Part shown: positions 27,301 to 62,421 of the stretch, one piece after another | How the letters are laid out: the number at the start of each line of letters is the position of its first letter | How positions within the stretch are numbered: the first letter of the stretch is position 1 | NCBI GenBank assembly: GCA_964035545.1 | Contig: OZ037772.1 | Location: 9,045,150-9,109,149 of the forward strand | Direction: 5' to 3' | Origin: Bugula neritina | Taxonomy: Eukaryota > Animalia > Bryozoa | DNA: 64,000 nt | Translations under genes and position numbers: made by a program | The notes under the pieces: model-generated | Database searches by the model: none | Told to the model about the DNA's origin: nothing | Seen by the model: only the letters and a program-made list of their open reading frames with translations

Positions 27301-27358
27301 ATGATATAAGATGAAACATAGTAAGCTAGTCCAACTAACCTTTGGATCCACGTATCAT
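9293..27358 (-). CDS. PsGEF: PsGEF / RGS3-N-terminal-like C2-PDZ-RhoGEF(DH)-PH protein, multi-exon, 3' end unresolved
   Basis: Hand-spliced GT-AG exons (minus strand), all phases compatible, 2892 nt = 964 aa: 27340-27358, 25969-26022, 24596-24749, 24059-24127, 21379-21443, 20380-20589, 19745-20053, 19140-19249, 17708-17938, 16861-17046, 16242-16429, 15247-15484, 14248-14400, 13810-13911, 13201-13311, 12215-12350, 11210-11355, 10810-10884, 10182-10323, 9808-9968, 9293-9325. The C2 C-terminal motif (RLFVAVW..ELIGAMSF..GWYYLLEEHLG) resembles the RGS3/PsGEF C2, and the order C2-PDZ-DH-PH is the PsGEF architecture. The symbol rests on architecture, not on a phylogeny. Confidence 0.8.
9516..9723 (+). 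mobile_element. tRNA-derived SINE with V-domain-like core
   Basis: A box TGGTCTAGAGG, B box GGTTCGAACCC, core GGTGTTAGGAAAAGCATCCAGTCATAA, perfect 9-bp TSD TAGACATTA (9507-9515 and 9724-9732). Confidence 0.85.
9808..10884 (-). CDS. PH domain exons following the DH domain
   Basis: LCEPNRHKIYWSEV / LVAYLFSDIILVAR / VFEIKLH...ETKLVWKGLLRDRL, including the PH C-terminal helix Trp. Confidence 0.8.
11210..14400 (-). CDS. RhoGEF (DH) domain exons, divergent
   Basis: LHEIEGEFCDTM (CR1-like), TLFQNIDMLISMSRYFAAKLE (CR2), YLKYVEG, LDELIYSPLHHIQKV (CR3-like), over five phase-compatible exons. Confidence 0.8.
11552..11751. mobile_element. MITE family A, copy 2
   Basis: CAGTGCTCCCTCTATATCTCAC ... GTGAGATATGGAGGGAGTACTG, TA flanks. 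Confidence 0.88.
14446..14793. repeat. 20-bp minisatellite (CTGTTGATACTCTACTTACA), about 17 units
   Basis: Direct reading; a variant unit CTGTTGACACTATACTTACA recurs. Confidence 0.95.
15954..16162. mobile_element. MITE family A, copy 3
   Basis: TAGTGCTACCTCCGTATCTC ... GTGAGATACGGAAGGAGCATTG, TA flanks. Confidence 0.85.
16242..16429 (-). CDS. PDZ domain exon of the PsGEF/RGS3-like gene
   Basis: FKICRGTNGFGFSL...VCQVEAGSSAEKAGLQENDRIVEVE (GFGF loop and AxxAGL motif). The domain finishes in exon 15247-15484 (HQQKTMEVVVWR). Confidence 0.92.
16488..16540. repeat. Perfect 24-bp inverted repeat with a 5-nt loop
   Basis: TCTAGTACCCCTGCAACTGGTCAC-CCAAA-GTGACCAGTTGCAGGGGTACTAGA. Confidence 0.95.
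18649..18857. mobile_element. MITE family A, copy 4
   Basis: CAGTGCTCCCTCCGTATCTCAC ... ATGAGATACAGAAGGAGTGCTG, TA flanks. Confidence 0.88.
20380..26022 (-). CDS. C2 domain exons of the PsGEF/RGS3-like gene
   Basis: GQIQLSVRADNETTISVHVVKAAYL...NNPSFNEILTV...RLFVAVWCKQSDRKSMELIGAMSFSLKQ...GWYYLL across exons 25969-26022, 24596-24749, 24059-24127, 21379-21443 and 20380-20589. Confidence 0.85.
20595..21350. repeat. (GTA/GCA)n trinucleotide microsatellite filling intron 20590-21378
   Basis: Direct reading. Confidence 0.97.
24358..24551. mobile_element. MITE family A, copy 5
   Basis: CAGTGCTCTCTCTCTGTATCTCAC ... GTGAGATACAGAGGGAGCACTG, TA flanks. Confidence 0.88.
24815..25110. mobile_element. 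MITE whose TIRs are built of 17-bp tandem units (GGTAATAATGGCACA core)
   Basis: About 8 units on the left and 2-3 inverted units on the right; ATTTTAGGTAATAA at both ends; related copy at about 29734-29850. Confidence 0.7.
25670..25968. repeat. Degenerate (CACT)n microsatellite abutting a splice donor
   Basis: Direct reading. Confidence 0.9.
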
Positions 27359-28710
27359 TTAGATAGAAAACCTAGTAAACCAGCAAGATACAGCCTGGGG
27401 AATATATTAATCCAGCAAATACAAGCACTGTGCATAGCATGCCACTTGTCACACAACAATGCACAAGCACTAAGCTATCACCTTGTTCATCATGTCAACA
27501 AAATAATGCTCATCGATCTGGCATGTGAAAAACAAAGCATGCGATTTCAAATTCCCACCCTTCAAGCTCATTGGCCGATTTTTCCCACATACCATCTGAC
27601 ATTCATTACAAGTGCTCTGACATAATAGGAATGCAATTATCTATAGGGAAATATTTAATTTATTATAATGAAGATTTAATGTAGTATTGAGAAAGGGTTG
27701 GTGGGACACTTTATTAATTAATAAAACAATTAACTCTGAATTAATTAGCATAAAATAATTAATAACCATGTATAGAAATTGTTTTAAATCTATGGAGAAA
27801 TGGAGAAAATAGGCAAATGCTTTAATAGCAAGTAATTCAGCTTAATACAAAGAGCCAAGTTATTAGCACAAATATTTGATGATATTGTAAATAAAAACAT
27901 CATCAATATTATTTATGAAATGACAACTTTTGGGAAAAAGAAAATAGAAATTTCAACAGCTAAAATTCTTTCTTTGTCTTTATAATGCAACTAAGGGTTT
28001 GGCTTGAAAATCTCTCAAGAACAAAGCTTGTTTTGCAATAATTTTCATTTAAAACATAGCCGTTAGCCATTTTTCAGTACTTCATACGTCTTGTAGCATA
28101 TCTAAGCCCTCAGAATTTTATCGTTTTACTTTGTTTTAGGTAACTATTTTACAAATTGTGAAAACCCAAAAATTGAGCTTGAACTTGACTGTAAACTAGA
28201 AGCTTTTCAATTTTCACATAGCATTGGATATGCCAAAGCAACAAAATATGGCAGTTAAGAGCAGGTGCTTGCAAACAACTGTTATGTGTCATAACTTTAT
28301 ATATAGCAATACAGAGCAAGAACATTACAGGCACCTGCTCAATATTACAGCCATCTGCCTGCACATATTGGCAAACCAGCAAGATGAAAATAAGCTAATG
28401 ACAGACTTAAAAATGCAAATCTACACTCCTGCCCCCCCCCCCCCCCTTCTTTGTAAAACGCAGTAACTCCTAAACAAACATTTAGAAAATGTGTCCTTAT
28501 AGCAGAAATGCTGGAAAATCAATTTAGGTAAAGATCTAATAGCCTAAGTCTTTTAATTGCCTTCATGAATTGTTGTGTGGGACTTAAAGGATTGCTCTAT
28601 CTTGTCTAATAAATGGCCATTTAGGTCAAACACACATAATATTGTGTTTTTCTAAGCATGCATTGACAAAAAGCATTTGACCAAAGGTAGAAAAAGTTAG
28701 TTGAAGTTAA

Positions 28711-29219
28711 GGGTGTAGATTGGTAACAGCCAAAACGCCGATTTTGAAATGAGCTGGGAAATGTGACGTAACAGCGCCAGCATTCCTGCTGGTCACGTGA
28801 CTATACAAATGAATAACTATAGAAATATGACTGTGAGATGTGATCTTTCAGCTCGTAATTTGTATATTTATAGAAGTGCAAATGTGAATTATCTCAATCT
28901 ATAGTTTTTTGACATGTTAAATAACATGTATGTGATAACATTAGGCCATATTTTGCTTGTAAACATAGAAAAAAGCATTGCAAAAACATGCATTCTTTAG
29001 GATGAATGCCTGCGATCGATCTAAACTAGGTCAGATTGTGCAATATTACGGGCACACCAAAGCTGACCTATATAGCGCACTGTAACTGCTTGAGCGTTAT
29101 TGGTTGATATTGCGCTCAGCAACCTTGAATACTAGCGTTATAGTTAGCACGTGCAGCATAGTTACTGGCGTTCACACGTATTAGGCTATTCTTTTTCATG
29201 GCTGAAAATTCTACCTCCC
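28711..29219. mobile_element. Possible non-autonomous TTAA-type (Kolobok-like) element
   Basis: TTAA|GGGTGTAGATT..CAGCCA versus TGGCTGAAAATTCTACCTCCC|TCAA; imperfect match. Confidence 0.45.
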
Positions 29220-30553
29220 TCAAAATTGGAATTTTGAAAAGCTGTTTTCTAGGCATATATCCCTTTGCAAAGTCAAAATTGTTTGCATACACATTAGATT
29301 ATAGTTCATAATTATAATGTGATTGTAATAAACTAAGATAGAGCAATCCTTTAGGTTGAAATTCTTTGGAGAACATAACTTCTATTGCTACATTTCTAAT
29401 CTAGAACACAAATTATATTTTTCTAATTTCTCCACCTGACTCTAGTGACCAAATGCTGTTAAAACTAAGTTGCAAGTTTGCAGTTGCTTCAAAACCCAAA
29501 CAATTTAATAGCAATATATTCACCTTTTTTAAAGACTATTAAAATGTTACAAGCTATGTTTAGGCAGCTTAATAAACACAAATAAAATACGTAGCTGTCC
29601 TTCATTAATTAAAAACATACATTTAACATTTTCTGGCAAAATTATCAAGCAAACAAATACTGCATGGGTGTGGGGTTTGGGTTTGTTCAGAAATAGAGCT
29701 TTTGGTGAATATTAGTAAATGTCATCTACCTGGATTTTAGGTGAAAATGGCACAAGTAAAAATGGCATGAGTGAAGAACCAAATCCCCACCCCAGTATTG
29801 AAAATGTGACAGTTTTACCTACTTCTCCACCTGTGCCATTTTTGCCGGACACCACCTATCACAGCTGAAGATCGCTTGTATAGACATATTCAAAGTTTAT
29901 GGGACAACAACTCCACAAAAGTAATATTTCTGGCTGTATACAGTAAATAACCAGTAATAAAATTTGAGTTCAAAATTTTGAAAAGAAAGCCTAAACCAGG
30001 AATTGTCTCCTTTTTAGAAATGATACTTTCCAATTCTTGGTCCACTGTATACAAAAATTGTTCCTATCTACGCTAAATGAGTTACTGGTCAGTTTTAGCA
30101 ATAGTATGTACATACTACATATATAGTTATATTATGGGTGCATAGCCAGATTCTATAACTTTCTATAGCAATGCGTTGGAATCTGTTTCCAGTGTACGAA
30201 TTTATCAACTCCGCACATGATTGGATACATTTTAGATTTTAATTTGTAGACACAAAAAACTTATTTTCATTGCGATGTCCATTTTTTAATTTTACTTATA
30301 GACTTTTACTTGTGTTTAGTCTCCAGTAGATAAAAAGGATAAATACCAACAATATCAGAATGGCTTTCTCTAAAAGAAGTGAGTATTAAAGAGATAAAAA
30401 ATTTCCAAGCAAAGAAATGATGTGAAACCAGTTCATATTACTAAAAAGACTTGGAAATCTAAATGCTTACAACCTAACCTTGCCTTTTAACTCTACAAAA
30501 AACTCAGGCTGGGCTAAAACCATTTTTTCAACAAAGTATAGAAATTTGGGCCA

Positions 30554-30730
30554 GGGAGCAGCCATGGTCTAGTCACTAGTGTTTAGAACACTGATGTGGT
30601 AAACACAAGGTTAGTGGCTTGAATCCCAGTAAAGGCCATTGGTGATGTTAGAAGAAGCATCATAATTGTTCCTGTGCCACGTCTGCTTAAAAACGGTTTT
30701 TATCACATTTGTCATCCAGTGGAGTTTATA
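30554..30730 (+). mobile_element. Diverged copy of the same SINE
   Basis: GGGAGCAGCCATGGTCTAG...TGAATCCCAGTAAAGGCCATTGGTGATGTTAG...CATAATTGTTCCTGTGCC. Confidence 0.75.
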
Positions 30731-30819
30731 GAATATATTTGATTTGGTCTCTTCAAACTAAAAATCTCTTACATAACACCCCCTTTGTTCACAGTCTCCA
30801 CCCCTGTGAGAACCCCTAA

Positions 30820-31609
30820 TCACCGGCTTTCCATGTACCGATCTCAGATCGATCTCGGCGAGATCGATCCATGGAAAGACGGCAAAGATCGATCTCAGTC
30901 GTTCTGAGCTGGTCGGTCTGTAGAGCTCGAACTCAGATCGATCTCAAGGCAATAAGACCATGGAAAGACGAAAGATCGATCCGAGAAGTAGAAAAAGACT
31001 GCTCGCTAAAATGTCGTCTGCTAATAAAAATGATAACTTATTGTTAATTACTAAGCAAAGTACTTAATAATTAAGATAGCCACCTTTTCAAGTGACAAAA
31101 CTTTGACTTCTAGTAAAATGATTAAGAAAACTTAATTATGTAAAATTATAGACGGTAGAAGATGCGAAAAGTGAGAGCATTTAAATTGAATTTAAATGAC
31201 TAGTATAACGCACTGTCATTAGTTATTTGCTGCGTAATTTTAAGCCTAATAGTCCCGTAAGTTTATGAATAAGCTGCACAACAGCTATTAATTTTATATA
31301 AGCTGTCAAGCTAAAATATTAAAATCAATTATCTTAAATTGGCCAAATTACTTCATATTAAAAGCTTTACTTCGTAGAGTTTATAGCTGACGTTAAATTT
31401 TAGACTATGAAAATTTTGGTTTTCAACAGCAGTAGCTTTTATCACTCAGGTGGGTGAAAAAATTATACTATTAAAGTAGTCTTCACCTAAGAGGAGGCAA
31501 CTCCCAGAGATCGATCTGACACTTTCATGGAAAAACGATCGATCTGAGCACATTACTCAGATCGATCTCAGCGAGATCGATCTGAGATCGGTACATGGAA
31601 AGCCCGTGA
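30820..31609. mobile_element. PIF/Harbinger-like MITE (790 bp) with GATCGATC subterminal repeats
   Basis: About 50-bp TIR TCACCGGCTTTCCATGTACCGATCTCAGATCGATCTCG; flanks TAA/TAG; many GATCGATC palindromes at both ends. The superfamily is inferred. Confidence 0.8.
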
Positions 31610-32117
31610 TAGGCTTGCCTGTACTCTATCCACTAGAGAAGATCTGTTGTCTGGGGAAATTCCTAGACAGCAGACTCATTCAACATGCCTAATGAAATCA
31701 CTTTTTCATATGAGCAGCGTGCTTTTTTAAAGACAGTAATAATGAACTTAGATAAAATATTTCAAACCAATTATAATAATCACTACAACGAAAGTAATAA
31801 TTGCACTGGGTAGACAAATGATAGTTTCTTTAGCCTGAGCAACTAAAATTGAAAGCAATCTTCTAGCTAATGTATAACAAAATGGAGCTATTGTGATAAC
31901 TAAGGCTTGACAAAAGCAGATGTTTATTAATTTGTTTAGTATCAGGTTACAATTATGTGGTTGGGATTAACAATCACGTTTTGTCAACTTGAGATGGGGA
32001 CCAGCATGTCTCTTTATTGGTACTGAAAGATAAAACTCCATCCTGCATTCAACATAGACTATACAGTTACTAGATGCTGCTTTCAGTTAACTTTTCCAAC
32101 GATAATAAAAACTACAT

Positions 32118-32472
32118 CTAGTAGTAGTTAGAGCACTGACCCAGTAAAACAAATCGGTTTATAAGTAGCTCTGAGTTGGGGGTGAATGAGTGCAGTAGTT
32201 TGGAGTTCTTGAGTTAGGGGTTCCACTACACGCCAACTCCAAACTTAAGATTTCCAAACTATTGCACTCAGTCACTCCCAACTCGGAGCTGCATATAGAC
32301 CAATTCCATGTCATGATGAGGTTAGTGGTTGAATCCTAACAGTAGTGGTGATGCTAAGAGGAGCATCCAGTCATAATTACTCTTGTGCCAGTATGATAAA
32401 GTCTTTAACTCACTTTGAAAAAACCCTTTCCATCAGAGGTGCGAATAGACTATAAACTTGCATGGGCTTTTT
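32118..32472 (+). mobile_element. Diverged copy of the same SINE, interrupted by MITE B
   Basis: GGTGATGCTAAGAGGAGCATCCAGTCATAATTACTCTTGTGCC...ATAAAGTCTTTAACTCACTTTG matches 9596-9667. Confidence 0.7.
32152..32305. mobile_element. Fold-back MITE family B, copy 2, nested in a SINE
   Basis: Near-palindrome: GAGTTGGGGGTGAATGAGTGCAGTAGTTTGGA versus TCCAAACTATTGCACTCAGTCACTCCCAACTC. Confidence 0.8.
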
Positions 32473-34099
32473 AAAATCAATATTTAGTGGTATTAATTTA
32501 TTAATGACAAGAAGTTTCACTGTGATATCCTGAATAGTCATCAGTACATTCACTACACTAAGTAAATTAAAATGCATTTTTAGCTATTTTAAATACTTTA
32601 AAGGCCCAATAATTTCATCCAACTTTGAATTCTAATAATTTATAAGTATATATTTGTTTTCTGTAAAAAGAAACTGTTTGCCGCAGAAATTTCAATATGC
32701 TAACAAGAGATATCCCAAATACTCAACTCTGTTACAACCAGCTGAGAAAGTTGGCTATCCTGAATTATGGTTCTAAGGGTACATCAGTCACTAGAGCTAA
32801 GTACATTTCAATCATTACATTGATCAAAAAATTCTATAATTTGTTCTAATAGATGATGAGTACATTTGCTCCTAATAGTTGACAAAATCACAAGTTAATA
32901 GATTAATGACTGTCTAATTAATGACTTAAAAACTAAAATTCAAGTTTAAGGCCTTGTAGTCTGTTTTGGGCCTTTAAATATTTAGAATTAGTTAATGAAA
33001 ATGTTGAAACAAATACAGCAGCTAATGATCTATAGTGCGCACTAATTAAATGTAACTTAAAATTAAGTTCAGTAGGTAGAAATGATACTACACTAACCAT
33101 AAGTGTTGGCCATTTCCATCATTGTCTTTTGTTGAATGCTTGAACTGAACTCACACAAGAACTTGGATAAAAAACCACAAGCCTGCAACAGATTCTAAAA
33201 ATAAACAAAAAAAAACATTCAAATGGTAGAATATAACCAAGTGTTAATTAGTTTGATTGATTATAAAATAAAAGTTACTTTAAATCACAAACGCATAGCT
33301 AAATTACTGAATAGGTGCACTGTAACTAATGCAACTATAAACCAAAAATAAACCAAAACAAAATAGCATTGCTACTTGCAAGATTCAGTGTTTAGTCAAA
33401 TTGAATTTCTGACTGAAAGTTGTGAAGGTATAAATGCATCTTTAAGTAATAAATTTGAATTAAAACTAGAAATGAATAAAAATATGAGTCATTATTTAGT
33501 TCTGGTGCTAATCAGTAAACACCAACTGCAATCACTTTCACAATTATAGTGAGGAAGCGCAATGGAGAAGTCACTCCGTACCTTGTCAACTGACTTATCA
33601 TTGGAGCTAGTAATGTGTGATGTAGGGTTTACAGTATCAATATATGAACATTTAAATCTAGATCACATTCACTTTTAGAGTTTTACTTTCAAGAGTTTTG
33701 GAAGATAGAGAGGGGAAGATTTTCACTTAGCATAGGTGCATAATTTTTGTTTGTGTATTTGGGTTTAAAGCGTGAGACTGATTAGTTCATTTCACAAATG
33801 TGAAATGAATACTTTCTTTTACTCAGTTAGTGAATCTTGCTGCAAGAATATTTCATAATATTATAATATAAAAATAACCAGTGAATAACATTAGCATTAG
33901 CTGAAATACATGCTAGAACTGAATAGTCAGTAACTAAGATAGTCAATTTTAATCATCATGTTTAATCAGATCTGTATCAACTCTGTATCAAATATCTAGC
34001 ATTCTGTGGTCTACTTGTATTTCTAGTGATTTAGTTATTTTAATTTATGATTTGTAAATTTACATTTACTTTTAGTTTTTCTGATTTAGATTTACTTAC

Positions 34100-34323
34100 C
34101 TCCAACTTCACTCTTCAGTTTGCTTATCACAAGTTAGAAGCAGCAGTTATATTCATAATCACAGCAATAGTCAAACTGAATGCCACGGTCAATCCTCAGT
34201 CTCATGCGGGTAGTCATAATAATGCTATTAGTATTACTATCAGTATCACTGTTACTAGTAGTAGTAGTAGTATTAGTATTAGATTTAGCTATATTTGAGG
34301 AGTCAGAGTGAGAGCGAAACTGA
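34100..34323 (-). promoter_or_regulatory. Putative TSS (TCAGTT initiator) and non-coding first exon of the PsGEF-like gene
   Basis: Minus-strand TCAGTT at 34323-34318 and a strong donor GAG|GTAAGT at 34100. It would splice to the acceptor at 27394, whose exon has an in-frame TAA immediately before the ATG at 27358. Confidence 0.45.
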
Positions 34324-35780
34324 CAGTCGTGGGCAAGCCGAAATCAGTTTTCCTTTCATCATCATTAATTATGCTATTCTGATTATGGCGATCATGCTGG
34401 TATCAACTTTTTAGTCAATATAAACAGCGACCAAGTAAAAATTGTCTGAAGTGTTATTGAGAAAATACTATTTATTTTACTAATTACAAGAAATACTAGT
34501 AGCACTAGGCGAAAGAGGTCATGACTATGATGCATACCACGTGGGGTGAGGAAATTTGTGCAATGGCGCAAATACTTGTCCAATAAACGCATCAGTGTTT
34601 GTTGTTACTTATTTTCATTGGCCATTCTGCATAACTTAGAATACTCTCATGAATTGCGTGCATTACAAGACAACTCTAATATGTACAGGAGTGGGAGAAA
34701 AACAAGAGTATGTAAGGTGACAACTCTGGATGGTGATGAATTTTCCGATGACCAGTACTAAATTTTGCTTTCTCATTGTGTTATACCTGGTTACATTACA
34801 GTCAATTAAATTCCTTTTAATGGTATTATAATAATATTGTATTGATTATTCCAGAATAACTTACTCTCAATATTTTATAGAGCATTACAGTAGCTAATAT
34901 AGTATATATTCATAATATTTTATATAATATTATGTAGAAAGAGAGCCTAGACATATAATTAACAGTCATGCAATATGTTATACAAATGCAGTTAAATTTT
35001 GTTATAAGTGGAATATTGACAATAAATTATCATATACATCATGCAAAATCATATAATTCACGCAATGAAGATGAAAATCAACTTGCATTGTGTATTTTAA
35101 TGCTTGATGTTGAAAGAAAGGAAATATATTCAACAATAAGCTGCTACAATATTTCTCTATCCTAAATTATTTTAATCATTGGATTATACTTAATTTACTG
35201 CATATGGTGATCGGAGTTGTCGATTATTCAATATGCTGAGAGGACAACACTTTATTGAGTACTGCCCTATAAAATAATATTATCCAGTTTGCTATAAATG
35301 AAATAGTATCAAACTTGGGCTACCACTTATCTATAAAGAAAGGGTGCATTTAATAGAGCCCCCTTCCTTATTATATGAGCATTAGTTTGACCTATCAGTC
35401 TTCTACATAAACTTTTAAGGTTTACAAAAGTTTACAGTACTACACTTTGCTACACAATAAAAGTATTTTCTCCTTATATGAGGTATTTTTGATCTGATAA
35501 TTGCCATAATAACACTTTTTGGTTTGCATTTAAGTGTAATAGTAGAAAAAAATTGTTTTTAGCCCAATAGTCTTTTCAGTTTAATAATAAATTTTGGTTT
35601 TAGTTTAAAGTTTATGAATTTTATTTGTATAATTCAACTGCTTTAGTAATAGTTGCTAATTATAGGATATTATAGTGCTTTTCAAAATTTGCCCTAAAGG
35701 TATATAAAACCACCTTTGAAAATTGATTTGTAACCAAGGACTAGATGCAATAAATCTTGACAGTGTTTTTGTCTTTTCAG

Positions 35781-35782
<2 letters not shown>

Positions 35783-35839
<57 letters not shown>

Positions 35840-35842
35840 CAC

Positions 35843-35930
<88 letters not shown>

Positions 35931-35967
35931 ACACACACGCACACACACACACACACTCACACATACA

Positions 35968-36016
<49 letters not shown>

Positions 36017-36097
36017 ACACACACTCTCGCATACACACACACTCGCATACACACACACTCGCATACACACACACACTCGCATACACACATATACACA
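35783..36097. repeat. (CA)n microsatellite
   Basis: Direct reading. Confidence 0.97.
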
Positions 36098-36596
36098 TAA
36101 TGATTAATCAATTTAGGCAAGTGAGAGCTTTACTTTAAATGACACAGTACAATGAGAATTCAGAATGCATTTGTTATTCAGAGCAAGTTGCATAGCCAAC
36201 TACTAAATATGCTTTTTATGATAACATCTATATAATTATGTTGTTACTCAAATATCAATAATCTGCAATCTCATATCAGTTATAAAAGCTGTAATTTCAA
36301 TATTTATAATGAATTATACAGACACATACTTTAGTAGCCCAACAAGCTGCTCCAGGACTGGATGGGGGGGGGGGGGGACAGCCTAAATTCATGTGACTCA
36401 GTTACAGTTATTTAATGAAGGGTCTATGTTTTGTTTGAAAATTTGCCTCCATCGCTCAACACAGTTGCTATAAGTTTAACTTTCAAAATATAGGTGTTTG
36501 GGGCTGCATTTTGGCAAAGGGGTAAAAGGTATATATAATTATATATATCACTATGCACTTTGACTGTGAAAAGTTTCCAAGCTATATAACCTAAGA

Positions 36597-36917
36597 CAGG
36601 GCTGTCCAACAGGCGACCCCCAGCCTACATTCATGTTGCCCTCAAAGGCACAACAAATAAAATTATTAGGCACATGTATATGAAGTAGAGTAGAAAGATC
36701 ACCTTTTAAACGTCTTATTTATACACAGGCTAAAGCATGCAGCCTGCAGTAATTATTGGGATTTCATTATGTAATGATTCATAGGAGTTTGGAATAAAGT
36801 TATTTGAAAAATACTGATGCTGTGGCCCCAAGCCCAAGCTAAATTTTCTAATGTGGCCATCACCACCAGATTATTCCATTTTAGTGGCCCTCACTCTGAA
36901 AAGGTTGGACACCCGTG
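36597..36917. mobile_element. hAT (Charlie-like) non-autonomous element
   Basis: TIR CAGGGCTGTCCAAC / GTTGGACACCCGTG with 8-bp TSD ACCTAAGA / ACCTAATA. Confidence 0.85.
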
Positions 36918-37842
36918 ACCTAATACCTTGAAATAGCAAACTAATGCTTGCTTAATGTCTTATCAACATTCAGAATATAACAAACTTAACACATTCATCA
37001 TCCAATTTAAAATTGCTACTTAATTTTTAAAATGAAACATGAATTTAGCCAAACTACTCACAGTCATGACTGATGATGAAAAGTACAAAAAGTACTTGAA
37101 ACAAAAAAGTTGGTTCAAATTTTTTAGTAAAATTTATTTAAACATGTATAGACCATCAGAATTTTTATATTTGAGAATTTATCCTCTCAACAATACATAA
37201 TGCAAAGCGACTTTCATGGCAGTGAATATGAACTGTGACAAGACCACACTTGATGGCTTATGCCTAGTATAGTCTGTTTCAGAAATAACCCTGCATCAGC
37301 TGTGTACAATGTTGGCCAAAAACATAAAGCTAGCTAACTTTGTAGAATGACACTTTGGTGGTTGCCCAATAACTCTATCGTGTGTATAATATGTTATATT
37401 GATTATACTATTTTAGTTAAGGATATACTTTAAAGGATACGGTTATCAGCAGTAGGCTGTAGCGCATAAGTTGGCTGCAATCCTTTATTGGCTATCACTA
37501 CGTTTCGCATTATGCAAATATATTTTTTCATTGCCCAATGGAACTAGTTACATCGAATGAAACCACCACTAGGCAACTAATAAGTTAAGGCAAACCACAA
37601 ACCACAATTAATGGTACAGGCATTCACCATAGTGCGCATGATTTGCTTCGGTGGTTCTGGATTTAGGTCGTGCATATCATTGCCGAGTTTATATCAAAAT
37701 GACTCCTAATTGTTTAACTCACCAGCTAGGGTGTTCTTTATCAGTTTGAACTTTAAAAAGTTGTTGACCAAACTTTGTGCTGTTTCCCTACACACTGCAA
37801 TAGTGAGTGACTAACACAAAACGATTACACTTTAAAACTAAA

Positions 37843-61695
<23,853 letters not shown>

Positions 61696-62421
61696 GTATT
61701 AAATTCTATTTCTTCATATTTTTATAAGAAGCGTTTTATAAAAGATGAATTAATAATTTTTAGATTAAAAATTGAGTCATATTTGGTTTACCTGAGATCT
61801 GAGAGATGAAAAGCTATATTATAATCAGTACGCATTCACACAACTTTATTGATCCTAGCACTGCATCAACTTATTAGAGTTTTGACTTGCGTGGCTACCT
61901 AAGTTACCACTATAACCAAAGTTTCTAAATTAAATTATAGTTTTTATGCATTGTAATTTTAATAAGATGTTTTAGAAAGGTTTTCACTATAATATAGTTT
62001 TTATGATTGGATGTAATATTGTCAGTGGTCTCCAAAAAATGCATTAATAAAATTTTGTATTTTATCTTCAGCATCAAAGACTTTTGATATAATTGTACAT
62101 ATAATAAAAGATGGATTTGTTGCACTATATTATGTTAAAATTAAAATTAATACTTAACTCACTAGGAGACATCTTTTACATCAATTACTAATTGATACAT
62201 ATCAATGTCAAAAGTACAAAGTGACATAAATTGTTCTAGCTAAACTCTCTGAATTATTTATGGTATTTGGAAGAATAAAACAACCGGCCCAAGTGCACAA
62301 ACTTCACAAACTAGTAAATTTTTATCAAAATCGCTTGAAGATTTTCTGCCAACTAACTATTAGAAGCATGCATATTGTGATAGTTTTGTGGGTTATGAAT
62401 GAAACTAGTGCTTTACATGCT

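Noticed and set aside
35656-36120. His/Thr and Cys/Val ORFs
   Set aside because: Artefacts of the (CA)n repeat.
37480-37747. CCAAT, octamer (ATGCAAAT) and TCAGTT motifs upstream of the kinase gene
   Set aside because: Plausible promoter, but short motifs in AT-rich DNA are not enough for a call.
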